In this document: in pieces, positions 9,737 to 19,985 of the stretch | Layout: each line of letters opens with the position of its first letter | Numbering within the stretch: position 1 is the stretch's first letter | Origin: a virus | Length of the DNA: 64,000 bases | Virus record (IMG/VR): IMGVR_UViG_3300050166_000039 | Span: 18,059 to 82,058 of that record | Direction: 5' to 3' (one strand) | Program-made: the position numbers and the translations under genes | The notes under the pieces: generated by a model | The model's input: only the letters and a program-made list of their open reading frames with translations | Database searches by the model: none | What the model was told of the DNA's origin: nothing

Positions 9737-10282
9737 ATGGCAACATTACAGCAAATGCAGACAGCAATCAATAAACTGGTAGAAGGAGAAGACTTACCGG
9801 GCTTAGATTTCGATACTGTCGTTGAGAAGATAGTGGGTGAAAAGTATAAGAAGACCTTGGAGGAGATAAAGGACCCCGTAGAGAGAAAGCAGCAATTCAA
9901 TAATATGATTGACTACTATAAGACTGAGGCTCGAACTGAGATTGAGAATAAAATCAATGACGTAAAGATGTGCTATAAGACAGCAAAGGCCCAGATTAAG
10001 AGTATTCAGGCCTCTATTAAAACAGCGACGGCCTCGAACGCAATCCCGGCAGTGATCGTGGCTGGTGCTGGAGCTGCGGCCCCAAATCCATTATATGCTA
10101 TCACTGAAAACTCGAATAAGGTGAATCAACTACTCGGAGCCCTGGAAGCAATCGGTAAGATGCTATACGACCTGTTAAAGTCTGCGTTGGACATTATGTT
10201 TCCAGTGCCTGACGCGGTTATAGACCTAATTAATCTGATTGCAGACATCAAGAACACCATTAAAGCTATTCCGACAGTATAA
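9737..10282 (+). CDS. Hypothetical helical protein
   Basis: 181-aa ORF downstream of an AAAC-N17-TATAA promoter. Confidence 0.6.
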   Translation: MATLQQMQTAINKLVEGEDLPGLDFDTVVEKIVGEKYKKTLEEIKDPVERKQQFNNMIDYYKTEARTEIENKINDVKMCYKTAKAQIKSIQASIKTATASNAIPAVIVAGAGAAAPNPLYAITENSNKVNQLLGALEAIGKMLYDLLKSALDIMFPVPDAVIDLINLIADIKNTIKAIPTV

Positions 10283-10599
10283 TGAAGAAAGAAGCACAAA
10301 TAGTCTCCTACAACATGGGTTATATTAGCCCGCTTGGCAGTTCAGGCATCTTAACATGGTATCCTGAGGTATTAGAGATGTCACTAGCCGACTTTTGTAA
10401 ATTGCTAAGAGATAAAGAGAGCATTGAAACTATATGGGAGCGGGCGATTGACAGTCACATTACGCCATCATCAGCGTGCATCATGTTTAGATACGATGAA
10501 GGTGCATTTTATTGGGAATGGACCGTTAAGATGATTAATGTTAGAGAATATAGAGAGTATTGGGAACTTAAACGCAATAAAAAGTGGAAAGAAAGTTAG
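10282..10599 (+). CDS. Hypothetical protein
   Basis: 105-aa ORF. Confidence 0.55.
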   Translation: MKKEAQIVSYNMGYISPLGSSGILTWYPEVLEMSLADFCKLLRDKESIETIWERAIDSHITPSSACIMFRYDEGAFYWEWTVKMINVREYREYWELKRNKKWKES

Positions 10600-10656
10600 C
10601 AAATATTTTTTTATCTCAGAAATTATAGTTATATTTACCTAACAAACAATAATAAC

Positions 10657-11742
10657 ATGAAAAGAAAATTAGCAAGCATTCAAAAAGTAGCCAGTATTAG
10701 ACCGATTGAAGGTGCTGATGCCATCGAGGTGGCTCGTATCAATAACTGGGATGTTGTAGTGAAAAAGGGAGAGTACAAACCTGGCTATCTATGCGTTTAC
10801 TGTGAGATTGACTCCTTCTTACCAATTAAAGAGGAGTTCGAGTTCTTGCGTAAGAGTTCTTATAAGAAGATGGTAGACCGTGAAGGTTTCTGTTTAAGAA
10901 CAATTAAGTTAAGAGGTCAAATAAGTCAGGGTCTTTTATTGCCGCTGTCAGTTTTAGAAGGAGAAGATGAGATGAAGATTGGCACTTGCACCCAGGAAAA
11001 TGGGATATTGCAGTTAGGACCCTATGATGACGCTCTAGTCATTGAAGAAGGTGTAGATGTGACAGACTTATTAGGTATTGTTAAGTATGAAGCACCAATT
11101 CCGGCCGAGTTAAGCGGATTGGTTAAAGGCTCATTTCCTTCCTTCTTGAGAAAAACCGACGAGGAGCGGGTTCAAAACCTGAGCAAGGAGTACGATGAAT
11201 GGGTAAGAGAGGGTTTGGATTTCTATGTGACCGAGAAATTAGATGGTAGCTCAATTACTTTCTACTTAAAGGATGGAGAGTTTGGTGTCTGCTCTAGAAA
11301 CTTAGACCTATTAGAGACCAAAGAGAACACACTATGGAGAGTGGCCAGAGAAATGAAGATTGAGGAGAAGTTACGGGCCAATGATAACCACAACATGGCT
11401 CTACAAGGAGAGTTGATTGGTGAAGGCATTCAAGGCAACCCTTATAAAATCAAAGGACAGACTGTTAAATTCTTTAACGCTTTCGATATTGATAGACAAG
11501 AGTATTATGGCTTACCGATGTTCCTGGCTCTTTTCCGTCACCAGTTCCAATTAGATACGGTGCCAATCTTGACTAATTTAACAATGAAGTTGCCGGCCAC
11601 CATCGATGAGTGCTTAGCCTTCGCAGACTCTAAATCAGTGCTGAATCCCGGTTTTGACAGAAAAGGAGTTGTATTTAGAACAATGAATCGCAAGATTAGC
11701 TTTAAGGCTATCTCAAATAAATTTTTAATGAACGAAAAATAA
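10657..11742 (+). CDS. RNA ligase, DRB0094/Rnl5 family
   Basis: N-terminal RKLASIQ..PIEGADAIE OB-like domain, LRGQISQGL, KTDEERVQN, motif I TEKLDGSS, QGELIG, SFKAISNKFL. Confidence 0.88.
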   Translation: MKRKLASIQKVASIRPIEGADAIEVARINNWDVVVKKGEYKPGYLCVYCEIDSFLPIKEEFEFLRKSSYKKMVDREGFCLRTIKLRGQISQGLLLPLSVLEGEDEMKIGTCTQENGILQLGPYDDALVIEEGVDVTDLLGIVKYEAPIPAELSGLVKGSFPSFLRKTDEERVQNLSKEYDEWVREGLDFYVTEKLDGSSITFYLKDGEFGVCSRNLDLLETKENTLWRVAREMKIEEKLRANDNHNMALQGELIGEGIQGNPYKIKGQTVKFFNAFDIDRQEYYGLPMFLALFRHQFQLDTVPILTNLTMKLPATIDECLAFADSKSVLNPGFDRKGVVFRTMNRKISFKAISNKFLMNEK

Positions 11743-12011
11743 TGAATCTACTATCCCGATTTAAGAGCTCAGAGAATCCTCGCTACAAAATAGTTGAGTA
11801 TAAGAAAATAAATCATTTTGGTGAAATCACTGACCGCATATACCTTATCTTAGAGAGAAAATGGCGCCTTATCTATGTCTATTTTGAAATAAGAGATAAT
11901 TATAGTTACAGAATGAGATTTGACACCTTAAAGCTGGCAGAGGAATACTTAGCAAAAAAATTGACACCTGAACCAAACGTAGTTGAAACTGTCGTTAAAG
12001 AAATTTTATAG
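11742..12011 (+). CDS. Hypothetical protein
   Basis: 89-aa ORF. Confidence 0.5.
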   Translation: MNLLSRFKSSENPRYKIVEYKKINHFGEITDRIYLILERKWRLIYVYFEIRDNYSYRMRFDTLKLAEEYLAKKLTPEPNVVETVVKEIL

Positions 12012-12014
12012 AAG

Positions 12015-12737
12015 ATGAAACTAGGAGAATTTATCAAGAGCTTTAGTCACAATAATATGATTAGGTTACACTATGATATGGAAAGTGGAACCAAATGCGT
12101 ATTAGGAGATTGGAATAATGTATCAATGGACCATGAGATTCTAAAAGGTAAAGGTAAAAATAGACATTACATCAATAATGAGGTCTTGAGATTGGTCGGC
12201 ATCAATTTCCAAGCAGCCCACACAAGTTACCCTGAAGCACTTAATATTGTTATTGAATATTTAGAGAATCAACCAATCGTCGATGAAGTAGTTGATGGAA
12301 TTGATGTGATGTTTAATGAGATTGAAATTTCGACAAACAAACAATTAGAACGGTTAAAGGCTCATCTTGACAGTCCAGAGGGCAAGGCTTCAATGAGCGC
12401 ATGGGTTAAGAAGTATGCGAACGGCATAGAAGTTAAAGATAGATGGGTTGAGAAGATTAAACTGTATTATGGACAAAACATAGATGTACTAACTGAAAAG
12501 TTAATGGATAAGTATTATTCAGATGAATACAGAGACAGAGAATACTTCAAATGTAAATGTGAACCGAGAGAAACTTTATTGTGGCTATTATTGGATTACG
12601 CTGAATCATACGGTACATCATGTGAAGACGAAAAATATTTTAATGATTTCACAGCTGATGCTTATCAGATAGGGTCTTATGTTATTCAATTAATGATAGG
12701 TCAAGGCTCATGTGTTAGAATTGATAAAGTAGAATAA
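12015..12737 (+). CDS. Hypothetical protein (possibly two fused phage domains)
   Basis: 240-aa ORF. Confidence 0.6.
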   Translation: MKLGEFIKSFSHNNMIRLHYDMESGTKCVLGDWNNVSMDHEILKGKGKNRHYINNEVLRLVGINFQAAHTSYPEALNIVIEYLENQPIVDEVVDGIDVMFNEIEISTNKQLERLKAHLDSPEGKASMSAWVKKYANGIEVKDRWVEKIKLYYGQNIDVLTEKLMDKYYSDEYRDREYFKCKCEPRETLLWLLLDYAESYGTSCEDEKYFNDFTADAYQIGSYVIQLMIGQGSCVRIDKVE

Positions 12738-12907
12738 AATTATTATTAAAATAATACAATTTAACTCTAACCACTACTACTAATTTTAATACGCATAAAT
12801 ATTAACCTGTAAACAACTTATTGTATTTTTTGTATTTTATTAAACAAATTGGTATTTTTTTAATATAACTATAGTTATATAACATATATCATTAAACTTT
12901 ATCAAAG

Positions 12908-13255
12908 ATGAAAAATTACAGTAAGTTTTTAGCAGTTAAAATTATTATCCTAGCGCTCTTTTCATTCAGCGCCTCAGCACATACCGTTAAGGCAGAAGCT
13001 ACATCTACACAAGCAACCGAGACATTGGACTCTTGTATTAAGAAAAAATCTACAAGCGCGAAAGTTGCAGATTCTATCAAGTTTCAACAAGCTATCTCAA
13101 GCGTACCGACCTTATTTGAATTGGCTACAATGTTAGATGTGAATATTGGCGGAGACACAAAACCAGATCAGAGCCCTGAAGTTCTAGAAGCTCAACACAC
13201 ATCAGTAATGAGTCTACGAGAAATGATTACTCTTTATGGCGTTAAAGTGTTGTAA
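12908..13255 (+). CDS. Secreted hypothetical protein
   Basis: Signal peptide ending ASA. Confidence 0.55.
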   Translation: MKNYSKFLAVKIIILALFSFSASAHTVKAEATSTQATETLDSCIKKKSTSAKVADSIKFQQAISSVPTLFELATMLDVNIGGDTKPDQSPEVLEAQHTSVMSLREMITLYGVKVL

Positions 13256-13292
13256 ACCAGCGATATATAAGTTATAAAAATAACTTAAGATC

Positions 13293-13961
13293 ATGAAGCT
13301 TCACCGTAAAATTGGCATCATCAAAACAATCATAATTGTCATCCTGATTGCGATGATTGAAATTGTATTCCTGATGAAAAATGAGACATCTACTAAACAT
13401 CCCGCTATTTCATCAGTTGATTCTATTAGAATAGCACAATCTGCGGTTAAAGGTATTAAGCCACAAATCGTAAAGATTCAAATGATTAAATGGTTAAAGC
13501 CTAAGTCTATCACTAAGGACTCTCTAATTCCAGTTTACACTAAGGTTGATTCTTCATTACTATTAGAAAAATATTACGCGACTAAAGTTTCATACGGTGT
13601 CATTCAAGTTGACCCAGGCTATACTAACGTAATTACGGTCGATAGCATCTCCAGAAACAGAATTTTCAGTAGACGTTCATTCGTACACACTATTAAACCT
13701 AGAAACAATAGAATCAATGTTTTAATAGTTGAAGAGGCCACTAAGGCCCCTATCGTAGAACCAACACCAAAAACCAGAGAGTGGTATGCTGGGTTAGGCA
13801 CCTCAGTTAACGGCTCGGGTTTCAATTCTCTGTATGGTAGTGCCCTGCTTAAAAATAAGAGAAATGAAATCTTTCAGTTAAACCTGGGTATTTCAAATAT
13901 GTCACCACTTGGAGATTATAGACCTTTTATTGGAGCCTCAGCCCACTTTAAGATAAAATAA
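13293..13961 (+). CDS. Membrane-anchored protein with beta-rich C-terminus
   Basis: N-terminal TM helix, C-terminal amphipathic beta strands. Confidence 0.55.
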   Translation: MKLHRKIGIIKTIIIVILIAMIEIVFLMKNETSTKHPAISSVDSIRIAQSAVKGIKPQIVKIQMIKWLKPKSITKDSLIPVYTKVDSSLLLEKYYATKVSYGVIQVDPGYTNVITVDSISRNRIFSRRSFVHTIKPRNNRINVLIVEEATKAPIVEPTPKTREWYAGLGTSVNGSGFNSLYGSALLKNKRNEIFQLNLGISNMSPLGDYRPFIGASAHFKIK

Positions 13962-14025
13962 TCTGCCAAAAATTTTTTATTGTCACTAGAATTGCTTATA
14001 TTTACCTAACTTAAATATAATAAAG

Positions 14026-14274
14026 ATGCCATTTCCTTCAAATTACCCATTGATTAAACCCAGCGCCTTAAAAAAGACTCTCGAGAAATTAGGCCGTGTA
14101 AATGACGCGCAGAACAAGCAGTATAAGCGCTTAAACAGCTTAGGCAAACTAGATGATATTCACTCTGTTCGTGAAGCAAAGGAGAGCATTAATCTAATCC
14201 TAGAACTAGAGGTCAAGAAAGAGGTGTTACTGGACATGGCAACGATATTGGCTTTAGACACTGATAATGATTAA
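14026..14274 (+). CDS. Hypothetical protein
   Basis: 82-aa ORF after TATATTTAC promoter at 13997. Confidence 0.55.
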   Translation: MPFPSNYPLIKPSALKKTLEKLGRVNDAQNKQYKRLNSLGKLDDIHSVREAKESINLILELEVKKEVLLDMATILALDTDND

Positions 14275-14303
14275 AATCTGCACAAGAGCAAGATAAATAG
14301 TTA

Positions 14304-14600
14304 ATGAATCTAGAAAAGCAGATTGAGGCCTATAACAAAACAGCCTTAAAGTATACCGAAGAGAACCTAAGTTTCACTATTCCAGGGGTTCATTTTTCAC
14401 CCGAGGAGGTGCTGCACATCTCAAGTATAGTAACTTCTATCTTAATGACAAGAGATGGCGTGGGTTACCCAGGAGGTGAGGTGGTGAAGGCTATCTTAGA
14501 GGATGACTTACAGAATCCAGCTCTAGAAGATGACACCCTGAGTAAGACGGTGCTTAAATTTTTAGTTCAGGCAAAACAATGGTGTGCAGTTTCATACTAA
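14304..14600 (+). CDS. Hypothetical protein
   Basis: 98-aa ORF. Confidence 0.55.
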   Translation: MNLEKQIEAYNKTALKYTEENLSFTIPGVHFSPEEVLHISSIVTSILMTRDGVGYPGGEVVKAILEDDLQNPALEDDTLSKTVLKFLVQAKQWCAVSY

Positions 14601-14675
14601 AAGTGAAACAAAGCCCAAGTAACGAGTATAAATATAGTAACAAGAGAGTTACTGAGTTCTTTAAAATAATGAAAT

Positions 14676-14760
14676 GCTTCGGTGGTGGAATAGGTAGACA
14701 CGCCAGACTTAAAATCTTGTGGGACTTGCGCCCGTGCTGGTTCGATTCCAGTCCGAAGTA
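14676..14760 (+). tRNA. tRNA-Leu(UAA)
   Basis: Acceptor GCTTCGG/CCGAAGT, anticodon loop CTTAAAA, long variable arm, GTTCGATTC T-loop. Confidence 0.9.
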
Positions 14761-14763
14761 CAG

Positions 14764-14869
14764 TGTAACGACTTAGTGATAAGTGGCGGAACAGACGCTA
14801 AGCATGAAATGGAAACTTGTTGAAGCTCGATAAAGGAGTGGATAAGACACAAACCGCACAGACGTTACA
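14764..14869 (+). ncRNA. Unassigned structured RNA between two tRNAs
   Basis: Closing stem TGTAACG/CGTTACA; inner CTTAGTG/CGCTAAG enclosing GTGGCGGAACAGA. Confidence 0.35.
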
Positions 14870-14885
14870 TCAATTTTTAAAATAT

Positions 14886-14957
14886 GGTTCCATGGTGAAA
14901 GGGATATCACGAGAAGCTTCTACCTTCTAATTTTACGTTCGAATCGTAATGGGACTA
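14886..14957 (+). tRNA. tRNA-Arg(UCU)
   Basis: Acceptor GGTTCCA/TGGGACT, AGAAG-CTTCTAC-CTTCT anticodon arm. Confidence 0.88.
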
Positions 14958-14959
14958 CA

Positions 14960-14989
14960 AAGCTCTATCAGAAATGGTAGAGCTTTTTT
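14960..14989 (+). terminator. Intrinsic terminator
   Basis: AAGCTCTA..TAGAGCTT hairpin plus T-run. Confidence 0.75.
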
Positions 14990-15001
14990 AATTTAAACAG
15001 T

Positions 15002-15376
15002 ATGCAACTATTAGCTACAAAGATTGTTAAAAGAATGGACCTGGGCTCCAACGGAAACCTGTTTGGAGGCCAGTTACTGGCCTGGGTCGATGAGGCAGTG
15101 GCAGCATACGCTATGTTAATTCTTCAAAACCGAGAAATGGTGACCTTGAGTATTGACTCTCTTAAATTCGAGAGAGAAGTAAAAGAGGGAGCTTTACTAC
15201 AAATCAATGCTGGTATAATCAAGACTGGCAACACCTCAGCAACCTTTGCCGTAGTTGTAAATATTTACGACCCAGTGAACGCCTCCATCGAGAGAGTCTT
15301 TAAGACCAACATGACTTTTGTTAGAGTTATTAACGGCAAATCTACGCCAATTAGTAAACAATCAATAGACTCATGA
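15002..15376 (+). CDS. Acyl-CoA thioesterase (hotdog fold, YciA-like)
   Basis: DLGSNGNLFGGQLLAWVDE, GNTS. Confidence 0.85.
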   Translation: MQLLATKIVKRMDLGSNGNLFGGQLLAWVDEAVAAYAMLILQNREMVTLSIDSLKFEREVKEGALLQINAGIIKTGNTSATFAVVVNIYDPVNASIERVFKTNMTFVRVINGKSTPISKQSIDS

Positions 15377-15386
15377 TATAATAAAT

Positions 15387-15578
15387 ATGAAATTAAAACT
15401 ATTAATTTGTAAAATACTCGACCACAAGTACGTCTATAATTTTGGCTGGAGACCAAATCGCTGTAAATGTAGTCGATGTGGCATGAAGTGGAAGACAGCA
15501 CCAAACCCCAATTATATTCCAGGAGAGACTAGCCCCTTATCAGAGGACATAGAAATCTGGGTAGAAGACAACTCATAG
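15387..15578 (+). CDS. DUF1660-like small Zn protein
   Basis: LICKILDHKY...CSRCG. Confidence 0.55.
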   Translation: MKLKLLICKILDHKYVYNFGWRPNRCKCSRCGMKWKTAPNPNYIPGETSPLSEDIEIWVEDNS

Positions 15579-15581
15579 AAG

Positions 15582-15944
15582 ATGAAAAACTTTTTAAACT
15601 TTTTTATAACATTCGCACCGCATCGGATAATTGGTGCATGTATTGGGGTACTGGTCTTCTTCTTAGTGTATGTGTATTTCATTTCAGTAATTTCTACGAC
15701 TATACCGGATAAAGAATTTGTCTTCTATCCTCGCACTTCCACTCCAGTAAATAAGTATAGTAATAAGCAGTATGAGTCTATCTTAGATTCATTAAAGCAC
15801 GAGAATGACTCTCTTCGTAATGAACTTAGAATCTATATAGATGGTTGCGACCACAAGGAGCAGATATACGAAGAAATCATATACGAGTTGCAACACAACC
15901 GAACAAAAAAATCAAACATCATAGGCACTAAAGATTCACTCTAA
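15582..15944 (+). CDS. Membrane protein with coiled coil
   Basis: TM segment followed by coiled coil. Confidence 0.55.
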   Translation: MKNFLNFFITFAPHRIIGACIGVLVFFLVYVYFISVISTTIPDKEFVFYPRTSTPVNKYSNKQYESILDSLKHENDSLRNELRIYIDGCDHKEQIYEEIIYELQHNRTKKSNIIGTKDSL

Positions 15945-15945
15945 T

Positions 15946-17121
15946 ATGAATAACATTGATAAACAGTATCAGGCTTTATTAAAAGATATTCTGGAAAACG
16001 GAGTAAAGAAGGAGGACAGAACAGGAACCGGTACAGTTTCAGTTTTTGGTCGTCAAATTCGTCACAAGATGAGTGAAGGCTTTCCACTGTTAACAACCAA
16101 GAAGATGCCGTTCAAACTGGTTGCGGCCGAGCTGCTATGGTTTCTACGCGGTGACACTAACATTAAGTTCTTATTAGACTATAACTGTCATATTTGGGAT
16201 GGAGATGCGTATAAGAACTTCACTAAACAGGTAAGCGATATTATTGATGGATATAAATGTGGTGATATTATGGGCATGCAATCTCATATTGAAGCCATGT
16301 TTAGTGATTCAGACAAACTTATTCCTTTAACACAAGAAGAATTCATCAACAAAATCAAAACCGATGATAAGTTTGCAACACAATGGGGTGATTTAGGACC
16401 AATCTATGGTAAGCAATGGAGAAAATGGGAAACCGATGACATTGATGCTCCTAGATATGAACACTATAAAAAAGATATAGACCAAATTCAAAACCTAATC
16501 AATGACCTTAAAACAAATCCAGATAGTAGAAGATTAATGGTAAGCGCGTGGAACGTATCAGAGTTAGACCAAATGGTGCTTCCACCCTGTCACTACGGAT
16601 TTCAGGTTTACACGAGAAAGTTAAGTTTTGATGAAAGGTATGCAATCTACTCTAAGAGCTCTAAAACATGGGAAGAAGGAGGTGGTAATGCCTACGGTAA
16701 AATCAGCGGCTTAGACATGATGGATGAAGATAACGTTCCGACAAGAGCTGTCTCTTTAATGTGGAATCAACGAAGTGTTGATACATTCTTGGGTCTTCCT
16801 TTCAATATAGCATCCTATGGTTTACTGTTAGAGATTATAGCCAGAGAAGTCAACATGGTTCCCGAAGAGTTGATTGGTAACTTAGGTGATGTGCACTTAT
16901 ACTCGAATCATCTAGAGCAGGCTAAGATGCAAGCACTTCGCAAGCCTTATAAGTTGCCTACGTTAGAGATTACTGAACGTAATTGGTATCCTCATGAAAA
17001 GGTAAAAGAACACGTAGGAGAGAAAGATTTCAATGATAAAATCATGTCATATAGACCAGACTCTTTTAGTTTAATAGGTTATGATTCACACTCAGGAATC
17101 AAAGCTCCTTTAAGCAATTAA
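15946..17121 (+). CDS. thyA: Thymidylate synthase
   Basis: DRTGTGT, FPLLTTK, ELLWFL, GPIYG, DSRR, LPPCH, QRSVD..LGLPFNIASY, HLYSNH; carries two insertions. Confidence 0.95.
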   Translation: MNNIDKQYQALLKDILENGVKKEDRTGTGTVSVFGRQIRHKMSEGFPLLTTKKMPFKLVAAELLWFLRGDTNIKFLLDYNCHIWDGDAYKNFTKQVSDIIDGYKCGDIMGMQSHIEAMFSDSDKLIPLTQEEFINKIKTDDKFATQWGDLGPIYGKQWRKWETDDIDAPRYEHYKKDIDQIQNLINDLKTNPDSRRLMVSAWNVSELDQMVLPPCHYGFQVYTRKLSFDERYAIYSKSSKTWEEGGGNAYGKISGLDMMDEDNVPTRAVSLMWNQRSVDTFLGLPFNIASYGLLLEIIAREVNMVPEELIGNLGDVHLYSNHLEQAKMQALRKPYKLPTLEITERNWYPHEKVKEHVGEKDFNDKIMSYRPDSFSLIGYDSHSGIKAPLSN

Positions 17122-17239
17122 CAATTAAAAATAAATCTAGTATGAACTATAAGATCGCGGTTGTCATTGGCATTTTAATCATCATCTCGGTGATGATACA
17201 GTTAACTGATAGAAATCAACATAGAAGATACTGATTGAC

Positions 17240-17899
17240 ATGACAAGCTTAGAAAAATTTAAGGAGGCTGGTTGGGTTCATCTAAAAGGTGCGTTGCCGA
17301 TAACAGAGGTTGAAAAGGCCCAGAGAATCACAATTCAGTTAAAGCAGCGTCTTATTGACCTGGGCTTAATAGGTACTGAAAAAGAATTTGGCACGAAAAT
17401 GTACTGGTCTGGGCTAGACATGGCCGGCATGGAGAGCAGAGAGCTGTATGATATGTATACCTCTAGTGCAATGTATGAGATTGCAAGTCTATTTCTAGAG
17501 GCTCAACCCTATCTCTTCAACGATCAGATAGTGGTTAAATTACCGAACGAGAACTTTGAGTTCTCTCCACGCTATGACAATCAGTATGGCCCAGACCCCG
17601 AAGCAGCACTTAAAGGAGATTTTAAGACTATTACGTGCGCTTGGATTCTAGATGACTTTAAGATGTGCAATGGGCCAATTCACTTACAGCATAAACAGAG
17701 TGGAGTATGGAGCACTCCATTACCCAGGGTCGGAGACATGCTGATTTGGGATGGAAATACTGTCCATAAATCTGGGATAAATAAAGATATAAATCCAAGA
17801 AGAATCTGGTTAAACGTTTACTCGACAATAAACATGTCAACGTTAGCTCCAGGCTTCAATAACCTTTATACTGACAAATTCAATGGAAATCTTAGGTAA
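17240..17899 (+). CDS. Phytanoyl-CoA dioxygenase (PhyH)-like 2OG-Fe(II) oxygenase
   Basis: FNDQIVVKLP, AWILDD..NG, GD.LIWDGNTVHKSG.N...RR; the HxD motif reads RYD. Confidence 0.7.
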   Translation: MTSLEKFKEAGWVHLKGALPITEVEKAQRITIQLKQRLIDLGLIGTEKEFGTKMYWSGLDMAGMESRELYDMYTSSAMYEIASLFLEAQPYLFNDQIVVKLPNENFEFSPRYDNQYGPDPEAALKGDFKTITCAWILDDFKMCNGPIHLQHKQSGVWSTPLPRVGDMLIWDGNTVHKSGINKDINPRRIWLNVYSTINMSTLAPGFNNLYTDKFNGNLR

Positions 17900-18470
17900 C
17901 GATATTTTTGTATTCAAAAACGCGGTAACTGGTCAGCTCTTCACTAAGTTAAGAGAGCTGTTTAATACGGCTCCGATTAATAGAGATCAGTTTAAGAAAG
18001 AGCTAGAAGAGAGTCATGTTATTGAGCTGAATCAGGTACTCAAAGAGAAGATAGAAGAGCCTATTTACAAGTACCTATTAGACTTAAAACTGGACTCCAG
18101 ACCCGATCTATTAGATTATAGTGGATGCTTTAACACTGATCTTGAATATTATGAGAAGTATAAAGAGTTTAGAAACTCTTTAAGAGACTCGAATCCAATT
18201 CAGGTTGAAACAGCAATGGCCAGAGAGTTACATAGAGGAAATTTAGTATACTATAGTAATTTCGTAGAATGGAAAGGCCATCTCAATAAATTCGGTATCT
18301 TCGTTAATGTCTCAGAGGGCGGCGAGAACACAACAACCCTAAAGTTTCCTATACAACAACAAGAGTGCACTCTATTACAAGGAGATATTGTAGTTTCACC
18401 CGGAGGTATCACACATCCATACTTAATAGATGTTATTAACGGCAAATTAAAATTCATCCAGGCACTATGA
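17883..18470 (+). CDS. 2OG-oxygenase-fold-like protein (paralog A1)
   Basis: FP.Q...L.QGDIVVSPGGITHPY; paralog of 20104-20697. Confidence 0.5.
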   Translation: MEILGNDIFVFKNAVTGQLFTKLRELFNTAPINRDQFKKELEESHVIELNQVLKEKIEEPIYKYLLDLKLDSRPDLLDYSGCFNTDLEYYEKYKEFRNSLRDSNPIQVETAMARELHRGNLVYYSNFVEWKGHLNKFGIFVNVSEGGENTTTLKFPIQQQECTLLQGDIVVSPGGITHPYLIDVINGKLKFIQAL

Positions 18471-19177
18471 TTTATTCTTACGGCTGTTCTTTTAGCACAG
18501 AGTATGAGGTAGGGAAAGAGGCTTTCTGGCTTAAAAAGCTAGCAGATCACTTAGGTGATCAGTTTGAGGCGTGGGGCACTGGAGGAGGAGAGCATCATGA
18601 AGCATATCATAGACTTCTCTTCTCAATGAGAGACTTTAAAAAAGGAGACTTGGTGATCTTTCAGTTCTCAGATCACCATAGAATAGGCCTGAGACACAAG
18701 AACTATTATATAACAACGGCCGGTGTTAAAAGAGACACACCCGAAGAAACATTGGATAATATAGAGTTTTTAAGAAAGGTGGTGAATATTGATAAGACCG
18801 ATGAGGAATATTTGTCACTCTTTGAGTTTAGTCAGAAATGGGCAAAGCATCAAATATTTCACAGTTACTGGAATGTATGGAACCTTCTTAAATATTTAGA
18901 GAAGACGATCGGAATTAAATTTGTGATAATGGCCCTAGATCAAACATGGGCTAACGTAATTCCAGAGGATCACTACACTAACATACCCTTCTTTCCAATC
19001 GGAAGGGCTATTAAGAATGAAAACTTTACACTATTAGACGGTGCCAAGAACATAGGACTGGACTCTTTTTGTATAGAAAACGGGCTAACCATTTCTGAGA
19101 TAGATGGGCATCCTAACAAAATGGGACATCATGCAATTACAAACATTCTAATTAAACACTTAAAGGAGAATGGATAA
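18467..19177 (+). CDS. SGNH-hydrolase-like protein (paralog B1)
   Basis: YGCSF block I, GTGG block II, DGHP block V. Confidence 0.6.
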   Translation: MIYSYGCSFSTEYEVGKEAFWLKKLADHLGDQFEAWGTGGGEHHEAYHRLLFSMRDFKKGDLVIFQFSDHHRIGLRHKNYYITTAGVKRDTPEETLDNIEFLRKVVNIDKTDEEYLSLFEFSQKWAKHQIFHSYWNVWNLLKYLEKTIGIKFVIMALDQTWANVIPEDHYTNIPFFPIGRAIKNENFTLLDGAKNIGLDSFCIENGLTISEIDGHPNKMGHHAITNILIKHLKENG

Positions 19178-19985
19178 CATTAAATGTATTGTAACGGTGG
19201 GAACTTCTTTCACGGCCGGCGGTGGCTTTGAAGAAAACAATGCGTTGAGACCTATCATGAATAGATGGGAACCCGAGCCATTGCCGACTTCTATGTTTGA
19301 GTGCTCCTGGCCTGGTCAACTTAAGAAACTGATTAAGCCCGAGATTAAAGTTATAAACTTAGGCATGCCTGGAGCCGGCCATGAGTACTTGATAAGAATT
19401 ACAGAGGAATGGATCGCTAATAATCCTGATAAGTATGAGCTAGAGAGAACTCTTTTTTTATTGGAGACCTCAGCTCTAGGAAGAAGTGAGTTTTGGGACG
19501 CGGAGTTAGGGCAACATATTGTATGTAACTGGGAACAGAAAGGAGATAGAATGCACGCATCTCTACACAGCGGTCAATACTGGAAAGATTCACCTGAAAA
19601 AATACAAGCTATTAATAAAAATGAAGACTTAATGTCTGAGTGGCTAACTAAGTTTATTGGCTTTGAACAATTCTTAGAGAAGGCAGAGTCAAGTCAATTT
19701 AATTTCTTTTGCAAGTTAAACTATCTAGGTTACAAATTTGCACATTACGGTACACCTTTCACTAATCCTGTAATAGAAGAGGATCCACTGATTAAATCAA
19801 AGGCTCTATATTTAGAGCATAAAGGTAGAAAATATACTTCTATTCACGAATATCTTGACGCTTCAAAGTTAACGATAACCGATTTTACACATGGTGAGGC
19901 AGTGGACTTTCATGCTAGCTTGAAGGGAAATCTTCACATAGCTCATTTCTATTACGCGCAACTAAAACAGTTATATAATATATGA
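19170..19985 (+). CDS. SGNH-hydrolase-like protein
   Basis: GTSFTAG, NLGMPGAG, DFHAS..GN. Confidence 0.6.
   Translation: MDNIKCIVTVGTSFTAGGGFEENNALRPIMNRWEPEPLPTSMFECSWPGQLKKLIKPEIKVINLGMPGAGHEYLIRITEEWIANNPDKYELERTLFLLETSALGRSEFWDAELGQHIVCNWEQKGDRMHASLHSGQYWKDSPEKIQAINKNEDLMSEWLTKFIGFEQFLEKAESSQFNFFCKLNYLGYKFAHYGTPFTNPVIEEDPLIKSKALYLEHKGRKYTSIHEYLDASKLTITDFTHGEAVDFHASLKGNLHIAHFYYAQLKQLYNI

Noticed and set aside
14579-14776. 65-aa ORF
   Set aside because: Overlaps a promoter, a boxA-like site and tRNA-Leu(UAA).
15946-17121. Intron or intein in thyA
   Set aside because: The extra segments are in frame, short, and lack intein (C...HN) or group I motifs; they are simple loop insertions.
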